Under the pieces are notes generated by a model. The model searched no databases. It was not told the origin of the DNA and saw nothing but the letters and a program-made list of their open reading frames with translations. A stretch of DNA of 64,000 bases from an uncultured Candidatus Rokubacteria bacterium (lineage in GTDB: Bacteria > Methylomirabilota > Methylomirabilia > Rokubacteriales > CSP1-6): positions 416,001-480,000 of the forward strand of contig CAVWWD010000007.1 in NCBI GenBank assembly GCA_963758635.1. The letters are read 5' to 3'. Shown here piece after piece: positions 53,796 through 62,849 of the stretch. The position numbers were made by a program, and so were the translations under genes. The stretch's first letter is position 1. Each line of letters opens with the position of its first letter.

Positions 53796-54690
53796 TCACT
53801 CGATGACCTGATCCGCCCGCTGCAGCAGCGACGGCGGGATCGTGAGGCCGAGGGCCTTCGCGGTTCTCGCGTTGATGTGGAGCTCATATTTGCGCGGCAG
53901 CTGCACCGGCAGATCTGCCGGCTTCGTGCCTCTCAGGATTTTGTCGACATACGCCGCACCCTGACGCGCCGTCTCAAGGAGGTCGGTGCCAAGGCTAATA
54001 AGCCCCCCGACCGCCACGTTGTCAGGATGTCCGTAGGCTGAAGGCAGCCTGTTGGCAAGGGCTCCCGTGGCTATCGCAGCCCGATACGTCCAGGTGAGCC
54101 CTCCACTGATGACGAGAAGGCCCTGGGCCTGCTGCTTCAGGCGAGGAAGGATCGAATCGATCTCCTGCGGAGAGTCGATCGCCGCAGGCAGCACCTGAAG
54201 ACCAAGGGAGGGCCCGAGACGACCGATCGCCTCCAGTGCAGGAGCCCCATTGGGATCGCTGCGCGCATAGAGGACGGCGACTCGAGTCATGCGCGGGGAT
54301 AACTCTTTGAGTAGTTGTAGGCGCTTGCCATAGGCATCGGTCGATTCCGCGGCTGCCACACCGGTCATCGTCCCGCCTGGCCGTGCGACGCTCGATACCA
54401 GGCCGACTCCGGCGGCCCCCGACGGCCGATCAGGTAGGCTCGTGAGCGTCCGCTTGATCGCCACAGCACCCACGGTGCTCCACGCGACAATGACGTCGGG
54501 ATCTGACGCGATGAGGTCGCGCGCCGCGCGTGTCACGTCCTCCGCTCGGGCATTCGTCCCGCGGTGGCTCACCAAGACGGTCTGTCCGATGTCATGCCCC
54601 TGTGCAGTCAATGCCTCGTCGAAGGCCCGTTGCTGTCCAAGCGTCGCGTCCGCTGGGGCGCCGACGTGTCCTCAGAGCCGGGCGTAGTGG
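53796..54690 (-). pseudogene. ABC_sub_bind substrate-binding protein, 5'-truncated (copy f)
   Basis: PDVIVAWST...ARPGGTMTG...KPADLPVQLPRKYELHINARTAKALGLTIPPSLLQRADQVIE. No signal peptide visible. Confidence 0.75.
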
Positions 54691-54915
54691 CATGGGGGTT
54701 AGGTTCTGGCACTGGTGCCCAGTCGCGTGGAGGAACACGGCGACTTCCATCTCGTGGCCTGCAGCGTGCTGCCCTTCCGCGCGCGCGGCCCTACGGGCGC
54801 GGGAGCTGACCAGAGCGCGCGGCCGCGCGATCGGTGGCGAGCCGCGGGCGCGAGGACTACGCTGAGACGTGGCGCCGCTCGCTCCGACGCACAGGCGCGA
54901 GCGCGGGAGGCGCAC

Positions 54916-56550
54916 ATGAAGGCATCCGATCTCATCGCGGCCTGCTTGGATCGCGAGGGCGTCCGCCACGTGTTCGGCGTACCGGGCGAGGAGATCATGG
55001 CCATCCTCGACTCGCTGCACGACACGCGCGTGGCATTCGTGCCCACGCGCCACGAGCAGGGCGCGGCGTTCATGGCCGACGCGTGGGGCCGGCTCTCCGG
55101 CCGGGCCGGAGTCTGCCTGGGCACTCTCGGCCCGGGCGCGACCAACCTCGCCACCGGCATCGCCGATGCGAACCTCGACCGCGCGCCGCTCGTCGCGATC
55201 ACCGGCCAGGCCGGCCGCGACCGCGTCCACAAGGAGTCGCACCAGTACGTGGACATCGTCGAGGCGCTCCGCCCGCTCACCAAGTGGAACACGCGCCTGG
55301 AGACCGCGGCGGTGATCCCGGAGGTCGTCCGCAAGGCCTTCAAGCTCGCGGAGTCCGAGAAGCCGGGCGCGTGTCACATCGAGGTGCCCGAGGACGTCGC
55401 CGAGGAGGCGGCCGACGGCGCCCCGCTGTCGACCGAGCGCGCGCGCCGCCCGTCTCCCGACCGCGCGGCGCTCGCCGCCGCGGCGCGCCTGATCGACGAG
55501 GCGCGATTTCCGTTGATCTTCGCGGGCAACGGCATCGTCCGCGGCGGCGCATCCGACGAACTCCGCGCCTTCGCGCGGCGCCACGGCATCCCGGTGGTGC
55601 ACACCTTCATGGCCAAGGGCTGCCTGCCTCACGACGACGAGCTCTGCCTGCTCGCCGCCGGGCTGCAGGCGCGCGACTACGTGGCGTGCGGCTTCGACAA
55701 GGCCGACCTGATCATCTCGGTGGGCTACGACCCGGTGGAGTACGCCCCCCAGCTCTGGAACCCCGACCGAAGCAAGCGCATCGTCCACGTCGACTTCACG
55801 CCCGCCGAGGTCGACAGCTACTACCAGCCTGCGGTCGAGGTCGTCGCCGACGTGCGCGAGGCGCTCGCGTTACTTGACGCGGAAGTTCAGGGAGTCAAGG
55901 ACCCCGGGCCGTTCTCCGTGCTCCGCCGAGTGATCCTCGACGAGCTCGAGGACGGCGCGGACGACGACGCCTTCCCGCTCAAGCCGCAGCGCATCCTGCG
56001 CGATGTGCGCGCGGCGATGGAGCGGCACGACATCCTCGTGTCCGACGTGGGCTCCCACAAGCTCTGGGTGGCCCGCGTCTTCCCGGCCTATGAGCCCAAC
56101 ACCGTGCTCATCTCCAACGGCTTCGCGGCCATGGGCTTCGCGCTGCCCGCGGCGATCGCGGCCAAGCTGCTCCATCCGGAGCGGCGCGTGGTGGCGGTGA
56201 GCGGCGACGGCGGCTTTCTCATGAACGTCCAAGAGCTCGAGACCGCGTGCCGGCTCGGCCTCGGCGTGGTCAACGTGATCTTCCGCGACGGCGCCTACAA
56301 CCTGATCCAGTGGAAGCAGCACAGCCGCTACGGCCGCGAGACCGGCGTCACCTTCGCGAACCCGGACTTCGCCGCGCTGGCCGAGTCCTTCGGCGCCCGC
56401 GGCTACCGGGTGGGATCGGCGCGCGAGCTGCCGGAGGCGCTCTCCCGCGCGCTGGCGCATCCCGGGCCCTCGGTGATCGACGTGCCGGTTGACTACGGCG
56501 AGAACGCCCGGCTCACCGAGCGGCTCGGCCATCTCGTCTGCCCGATCTGA
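54916..56550 (+). CDS. ThDP-dependent enzyme, acetolactate synthase large subunit-like
   Basis: VFGVPGEE, TRHEQGAAFMA, TLGPGATN, HKESHQY, GDGGFLMN...N ThDP motif. Confidence 0.9.
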   Translation: MKASDLIAACLDREGVRHVFGVPGEEIMAILDSLHDTRVAFVPTRHEQGAAFMADAWGRLSGRAGVCLGTLGPGATNLATGIADANLDRAPLVAITGQAGRDRVHKESHQYVDIVEALRPLTKWNTRLETAAVIPEVVRKAFKLAESEKPGACHIEVPEDVAEEAADGAPLSTERARRPSPDRAALAAAARLIDEARFPLIFAGNGIVRGGASDELRAFARRHGIPVVHTFMAKGCLPHDDELCLLAAGLQARDYVACGFDKADLIISVGYDPVEYAPQLWNPDRSKRIVHVDFTPAEVDSYYQPAVEVVADVREALALLDAEVQGVKDPGPFSVLRRVILDELEDGADDDAFPLKPQRILRDVRAAMERHDILVSDVGSHKLWVARVFPAYEPNTVLISNGFAAMGFALPAAIAAKLLHPERRVVAVSGDGGFLMNVQELETACRLGLGVVNVIFRDGAYNLIQWKQHSRYGRETGVTFANPDFAALAESFGARGYRVGSARELPEALSRALAHPGPSVIDVPVDYGENARLTERLGHLVCPI

Positions 56551-56995
56551 TCGCTGGTGACGGCCCTCCCAACCCGTAGGCGTGCTCGTAGCGGCTCTTG
56601 CCGTCGCGGACGATCACTTCGGCGGTGCTGTGGTGTTCATCGCGCGCCGCGCGCCGGCAGCGCCGGCAACTCTCCCGCGATCCCGCCCCGCAGTCGCAGG
56701 CGAGCGCGACGACGGACTCACGCGGTGAAGATCCCGGCCAGACCCCGGATCTCCTCGTAGAGCATCTCGCCTTGGCGCTTGGTCTCGCGGATGAACTGGC
56801 TTCGGGGATCAGCCGGCGGCGAGGCCGCCAGGCGAAGTCTACGCCGCCAGCGCGATCCCCTGGAAGGGCACGGCGACGAACCCTCCCATGTGGGCACTTT
56901 CCGAGAAGGAACTGCCCTCACCGAGCGAGCTTCGCTCGAACGAAACGCAGCGGGCACTGTCGGAACCCGACGTTGCACGCGTTGCGCGGTGGGCG

Positions 56996-57859
56996 CTACG
57001 GGCGGCGGTGGAGGGTGACCACGTTCACGCCCACCTGCGTGTAGCGGCCGTCGAGCGCGCACCAGCGGCGCCATTCCCGCCGGACCGCATCGAACGGGTG
57101 GTCGAACTCTCCGGTCCGCTCCACCAGGTCGATGAAGTGGCCGTAGATGTCCTCGAAGAGCGCGAGCTGCCCGGGCGCGGACGACGCGACCACGACCTGC
57201 CGATGCTCCGCCACGTCCCAGAGCCCGCTCTTCGCCGCCATCTCCGGCAGCCGGTCCACGACATCGCGGCGCCGGCCCAGCGTCGCCTGGTGGTCCGTGT
57301 AGGCCTGGAAGAGCCCGCGGAACGCGGGCACGTCCGGCGCGAAGGTCCGGGCCGCGTCCCAGCAGTCGATGACCAGCGCGGCCCCGCCGGGGGCGGTGGC
57401 GAGGCCCACCTGCTCGAGCATCGTCTGCGGATCGGACAGGTGCTGCAGGAGCAAGCGCATGATCGCGAAGTCGTACCGGCCGGGCTCGTCCGCGACGTCG
57501 TGGCAGCGGAACTCGAGGTTCGGCGTCCCGGCCGCCTCGGCGGCGGCGATCTCCACCAGCTCGCGCGAGGTGTCGATGCCGCAGTACGTCTTCTCTGGGA
57601 AGATCGCGGCGATCCGGCGCAGGTAGTAGCCGTTGCCGGTGCCCACGTCGAGCACGGTGCGCGCCCGGCGCCAGCGCGCGCCTTCCCGGTACGCGCCGAG
57701 CTCCTTGCCGATGGCGAAGTCGACCTGGCGCCGCTGGAGCGTGTCCCAGATCGCCGCCACGCCCGCGTCGGCGGTGTTGAACTTCGCGTCGACCGCCTCC
57801 GCCTCCAGCAGCTCCGTGGCCGCCCGCCGCCCGTCCGTGTCCCGCTCGTCGGTGTCCAT
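56996..57859 (-). CDS. Class I SAM-dependent methyltransferase
   Basis: VLDVGTGNG, YCGIDTS, YDFAIMRLLLQHLSDP, PGGAALVID. GAAGGAG RBS. Confidence 0.88.
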   Translation of the reverse strand: MDTDERDTDGRRAATELLEAEAVDAKFNTADAGVAAIWDTLQRRQVDFAIGKELGAYREGARWRRARTVLDVGTGNGYYLRRIAAIFPEKTYCGIDTSRELVEIAAAEAAGTPNLEFRCHDVADEPGRYDFAIMRLLLQHLSDPQTMLEQVGLATAPGGAALVIDCWDAARTFAPDVPAFRGLFQAYTDHQATLGRRRDVVDRLPEMAAKSGLWDVAEHRQVVVASSAPGQLALFEDIYGHFIDLVERTGEFDHPFDAVRREWRRWCALDGRYTQVGVNVVTLHRRP

Positions 57860-57889
57860 GCCCGCTCCTTCCGGCGCCCCCGCGCCCAC

Positions 57890-59030
57890 CTACTGCTCCA
57901 CCGGGGTGTACATGATCAGGTAGTAGGCGGCGTGCGGTCGCTCCGGCGCGCCGATGATGCGCTTGCCCACCATGTTCGGCAGGTACGCGGTCTTCCGGTA
58001 CTGGGCGATCGGATGGTTCTGGTTCAGCCGCAGCGGGACGCGGCTCCACGCGAAGCCGTCGGCGAAGATGATGCGCTCGGCCACCCGGTCGTTGTCGCGC
58101 ACGAACTCGTCCAGGTTGTCCACGATCTCGTCATGGGAGAGGCCCAGCAGCAGGTCGGCGGCGGTGAGCGCGTCGGTCCCGTCGGCGCAGGGCAGCCGCC
58201 CCGCCCGGTTGTAGAGGCTCATGAACTCGTCGTTGGCGCTGTAGACCACCGCAGGCCCGTCCATGTCCTCCGGCCGGTAGCTCCGACCGCTCCGCTTCCG
58301 CCAGCGGATGCGCACCACGCTGTAGGGGTAGTAGGTCGTCCACGCCGCGAGCATCCGCCCGGGGTCGAGGTACTTCGCCAGGTCCAGGATGTGGTCCGGC
58401 CGCCGCTGGAAATTCGCCAGCTCGATGTCCTGCAGCGCACGCTCCAGCTCGACGCCGAGGCGGTCCTCCTGGCGGCTCCATCGCCTCGATGAGGGTGTCG
58501 GGAATCGGGCTGTAGAGGTCGATCCGGGGGTGGGTCGTGCGCGCCAGGGTCTCGATCTGGTCGATCACGTCCTTGGCGTCCATCTGGTCGTAGCGGATGC
58601 GCGCCCAGCCCTGGAGGTAGATCGGTACCAGCTCGTCGGGGTCGCCCTTGACGAGGAGCAGCATCTCGTCCTTCAGCATGTTCCGCACTGCGAGCTCGAA
58701 GACGACGTTGACGTTCCGCTCGGTCAGGAGGCCGATGACGATGTCGGCCTCGGCGATGGCCTTGATCACCTTGGGCGCCACGTCGCCCACGTTCAGGTTG
58801 TAGGCCTTGACGACGTGGGCGACGTCCTCGCCGGCGCCACGGGTCTTGACCGACACCTTGTTCTCGACCAGGTACCGGATCCGCATGAAGTCGAGCGTGG
58901 CTCGCCGGCGAGCCGTCTCTCGCGCCTCCTCGCTCTGGTCGCCGTGGTCGTCGCCACCGAACGACATCATCACGGCCACCTTCTTCGTGAACGGGAGCCG
59001 GTCGAGACGCGCTGTGTCGGATCCGATCAT
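57890..59030 (-). CDS. Nucleoside 2-deoxyribosyltransferase (NDT)/TIR-like N-terminal domain plus PAS-like C-terminal domain (frameshift ~58470)
   Basis: AGGAGG RBS. KVAVMMSF...VIKAIAEADIVIGLLTERNVNVVFELAVR matches NDT-like Rossmannoid motifs. C-terminal VVYSANDEFMSLY resembles a PAS start. Confidence 0.6.
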
Positions 59031-59317
59031 TTGTCGTGTCCTCCTGGGCGTGGAGGAGTAGCAACAGACGCGCCATGGGTGCTCGCTAGCAGCGACGCGG
59101 GGTTGCAAGGCGCCCGGCCCCGCCGCCCGGGCGCTCGCCGCGGACCGGCCGCCCGAGTCGCCGGCATTCCACCCGATCCGGCGGCGGACGCCGACGCAGA
59201 CCCAAGTGGGGTGACGCGTCGCGTGAGGCGGTCAGGCGGCTCGGGCGCGACGAGGGACCGTAGCGAAGCGCGGACCGCCAGCGGGCCCTCAGGAAATTGC
59301 GGCCCGTCGGCCGGCTC

Positions 59318-60832
59318 TCAGGAATCGGAGGCGCAGGAAAAGCGGACGCGGTCGAGGATGGTTTTCCCGCCGCGCGTTCTGACCACGTGCGTCGGAAGCG
59401 GGGCGAAGACCGGCTCGCGGGCTGCTCTCGACCGGGCGGACGCGGCTTTCCCCTTGAGTCGAGCGCTGGCGACCTTCCCGTGCTCCAGCAAGGTCCGGAC
59501 GAACTGGTGGACCTCGTCGACGGTGGTGCGGGCGTCGGGCAGGTGACCCAGGACGACGGCGCGAGCCGCGCTGGCGCCCACCAGCACCGACTCGACGGCA
59601 GGGACCTCGACGCCCCTCAAGCGGCGGTCGAGCTTTCCGAGCGCGACGCTGCGGCGATGGATCGCCTTGGCCACGGCGCGCCCGCCGACCTCCTGTCCCA
59701 GCACCTTGAGGCGCCCGCCGCGCGCGCCGAGCCGCTCGAGCAGGTCGCGACGGGTGCGCGTGGCGAGGAGCGCGTGGCCCCCCGCCGCGTCGACCGTGGG
59801 CGCCGCGCCGTCCAGCCCCGAGGTCGGCGCCAGCATCACCGTGCTGCCGATCGCGATGTTGTGCGCGCCGAACGCGTCGCGGATGGCCGCGTGGCTGGCC
59901 CCGCCCGTCGCCGCCTCGTCGGCCAGGATCATGGCGCGGCCGACGGCCTGGAAGAAGCGCGGCACCTCGGGCGCGGCCCGCGCCGCGGCGATCAGGAGCC
60001 GGCCCGCGGTCTGCGCGGCGGCGAGGAGCGCCTGCTCGTCCTGGGTCGCCTGCGCCGCGAAGACGTTGGAGACGGTGTCGTAGAAGCAGCCGGTGAAAAT
60101 CCGTCCGAAGCTGTGCGCCTCGGGCGTGAGCGCGCCCGGGGGCCCGAACGGCGGCAGGTTGACGGGGATCTCCCACTGCAGCGTGTTGAGGGCGCGGCGC
60201 GGGACCGACTGGGGGTCGGCGGCGCCGGCGTCCGCCCGGATGCCCGCGGCCACGTCCTCGGCGAGGCTCTCGAGGACGTTCGGCGCGCGCAGCCCTCCGC
60301 CCGCGAGGACCGCCTGGCGCGTCGCCGCGTCGGACAGGCCGACGAGCAGCGCCAGGCAGTCGGCGAAGGCCTCGTGGAACGCCGCCGTCTCCGTGTAGAC
60401 GCTGTCCCATAGCTCGGGGCGGACGGCGTCGAGCAGCGCGTGGCCCACCTCGTGGGCCACGGCGTCCGTGCTCGCCGCCGGGTAGGTCTTCCGGACGCCG
60501 GCGTCCGCGGAGAAGAACTGGATGGCCGCGCGGTCGTAGTGGGCGTTCCACCCCGGTCCCGCGTCGTGCTCGAGGGGGATCAGGCGCTGGCCGTTCTGCC
60601 AGGCGGCGGGCGGGGCGGCGAGCGTTCCCCACGTCTCCAGCGCGGCCAGCGCGGCCTCCCGGCACTGCCAGAACCGGAACTCCGTGGTCTCGATCGCGTA
60701 GAGGTCCTCGGCGGCGGGCGCCGCGTAGCTGAACGCGGCCTGGAGCGCGGGCGGCTCCGGCCGGGGTGGCTGCTCGCGAAGCGGCAGGGCGTCCACGGCG
60801 AGCGGGTCGTTCGGAAGGAAGCGGATGGCCAT
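59318..60832 (-). CDS. Gluzincin (M4/M36-like) metallopeptidase without obvious signal peptide
   Basis: WNAHYDR, DAVAHEVGHALLD, AFHEAFAD (third-ligand Glu), EAHSFGRIF. Confidence 0.8.
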   Translation of the reverse strand: MAIRFLPNDPLAVDALPLREQPPRPEPPALQAAFSYAAPAAEDLYAIETTEFRFWQCREAALAALETWGTLAAPPAAWQNGQRLIPLEHDAGPGWNAHYDRAAIQFFSADAGVRKTYPAASTDAVAHEVGHALLDAVRPELWDSVYTETAAFHEAFADCLALLVGLSDAATRQAVLAGGGLRAPNVLESLAEDVAAGIRADAGAADPQSVPRRALNTLQWEIPVNLPPFGPPGALTPEAHSFGRIFTGCFYDTVSNVFAAQATQDEQALLAAAQTAGRLLIAAARAAPEVPRFFQAVGRAMILADEAATGGASHAAIRDAFGAHNIAIGSTVMLAPTSGLDGAAPTVDAAGGHALLATRTRRDLLERLGARGGRLKVLGQEVGGRAVAKAIHRRSVALGKLDRRLRGVEVPAVESVLVGASAARAVVLGHLPDARTTVDEVHQFVRTLLEHGKVASARLKGKAASARSRAAREPVFAPLPTHVVRTRGGKTILDRVRFSCASDS

Positions 60833-60884
60833 CGGCCGCTCACCTCCTCCCGAACGCCCGCGCCGGCGTCACGCGGCGGCCGCC

Positions 60885-62241
60885 CTACGGGCCGGTGGTG
60901 AAGGTGACGGCGAGGTCATAGGCGGCCGCAGTATAGCCGTGCACCATCACGAACGCGCGCGTCTGGCCCGTCGGCACGTCGAGCGCGCAGCTCTCCTCGG
61001 GGCCGGTCAGGAACGGCCGGCACGCGAAGCCGCCGGCGGCGCGCTGCGGGGCCTGGCCGAACCGCACGTAGAGGTCGGGATCGCCCGGCGACGTCCCGTC
61101 GCCGACCATCTTCACCTCGAAGCGCGAGCCCGGCGACACCGTGAACGGGCCGTGCATCTTCTCCTCGCCATTGCCCACGCGCTGGTCATTGAAGGCCTGG
61201 GTCCGCGGGCCGCACGCCGTGGGGTCGGTGACGGGGGCGGTGGGACAGATGCTCGGATCCGGCGTGAAGCCCTGGGCGGCGCCGTACAGGCACGCGGCGC
61301 CGTTGGCGTCGAAGTTCGTCAGGGCGAGCGACCAGTCGCCGCCGCCGTTGCACTGCGGGTAGTGCATGACCGAGAAGCGGTCGTACGAGGTGAGCGGCCG
61401 CCACTCGTTGTCCTCGAAGCACGTGCCGGACTCCGGCCGCGTGTGCTCGTGGCGCCAGCCCAGGGTGTGGCCCAGCTCGTGGCGGAGGATGCCGAGCAGC
61501 GAGAGCTTCCCGGCGGGATCCAGCCCGAACGACGAGTCGTCGACCAGCACGTTGCGGGCGGCCCGCGGCTCGTTCGGGAAGAAGGCGCGGGCCAGGTACT
61601 CGCCGTTGACGTTGATCGGGCGCACGTCGAAGACCACGTTGCCGTTGCTGGCCGTGCACGTGGCGTCCTGCGTGGCCACGTGCACGAAGGCCACGTCGGC
61701 CACCTGCGACCACGCGGCGCCCGCGGCCTGCATGGCGCTCACCATGCTCGCGTGCCGGGCGCCGAACGTCGTGCTCACGCAGTACGTGATCTGCCGCTTC
61801 TGCGTGTTGTTCCAGATCGCGTCCTGGCCGCCCGCGCGGGCCACGATGAGCTGGCCGGGGCGCGTCTGGGGCGGCTCGCGCTTGATGCTGGTCTCGAAGA
61901 ACTCCTGGAGCTGCTTCCGGTCGGCGATGGCGATGTCGCCGTTGACGATGTACTTGCCGCCCGGGAAGCTCTCCTTGAAGACGGTGCGCTCGAACTCTTC
62001 GAAGGTCTTGTCCGGCCCACGTCGCGCGCTGCGCGCGGTCCTTCCGGAGCACCTGGGCGCGCGCCGCCTCGAGCGACTCCGCGGTGGCGGGGACGGTGGC
62101 CGTCGCGGGGCGGATCTTGGGCCCGCGGGCGCCCATCGGCGGGGCGCCGGGCGGCGGGGCGCTGGTCTGGCAGCCCATCACGACGAGCAGGCCCAGCAGG
62201 GGGGCGACGACCAGCAAGAGGTATCGGGCTCGGTCACGCAT
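60885..62241 (-). CDS. Metzincin (matrixin/M57-like) lipoprotein protease with C-terminal PPC domain (frameshift ~62020)
   Basis: Lipobox VVMGC, YIVNGDI, ARAFFP, HELGHTLGWRHEH, Met-turn SVMHY, PPC motif GDPDLYVRFG...CRPFL.GPEESC. Confidence 0.85.
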
Positions 62242-62271
62242 TGACGTCCTCCTTGTCGAGGCGCTCGGGTG

Positions 62272-62679
62272 TCACGACCCGGCGCATGGCTCCTCCACCA
62301 CGTTCAGCAGCTCGACGCCCGCGGCAACGGCCCGCGCGCGCTCGAGCAGCTCCCGCGCGCGGGCGGCATCGGCGAACTCGGCGCACAGACGCACCTCGCC
62401 CTCGAGACCGATCCGGGTTTGCTGGAGGCGCACGACCGTCCCGTCGCGTCGCGCGTCCTCGAGCATGGTGAGGACGCGCTGCCAGGCGCCGCGCGTGGCC
62501 TCGGGGACGCCGCGGCCGCGGGACAGCGCGTAGACGGCGAAGCTGGCGGTGGCCGCGCGGGGCGCGCGCTCCTCGCCGCTGCCGGCGCTAGGCGTGGCGC
62601 AGCCGGCCGCAGCCGCCCACGCGCTCACGAGCCACACGAGCAGGACCCGCCGGTTCCTTGCCGCGCCGCGCTCTCGCAT
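62272..62679 (-). CDS. Hypothetical lipoprotein
   Basis: AAAAGC lipobox, YALSRGRGVP...RIGLEGEVRLCAEF...EEPC. Confidence 0.65.
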   Translation of the reverse strand: MRERGAARNRRVLLVWLVSAWAAAAGCATPSAGSGEERAPRAATASFAVYALSRGRGVPEATRGAWQRVLTMLEDARRDGTVVRLQQTRIGLEGEVRLCAEFADAARARELLERARAVAAGVELLNVVEEPCAGS

Positions 62680-62849
62680 GCGCCGACCCACTCACGTTTT
62701 TGCCACCGCCCGCCCGGCCTTCGCCATTGGGGATTTCCCCGACGCCGACCCCGGGGGCCGCCCGTGGCCTGGCGTCCGAGCTGCCGCGCGTGCCCCACGA
62801 ATCCGCGCGCGGCACGGGGCGCGTACATGCGGGCAAGGAGGTACTCGAC

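Noticed and set aside
56718..56830. Short protein-like tail (…SQFIRETKRQGEMLYEEIRGLAGIFTA) on the minus strand
   Set aside because: No credible start or recognisable family. Possibly a gene remnant, but unsupported.
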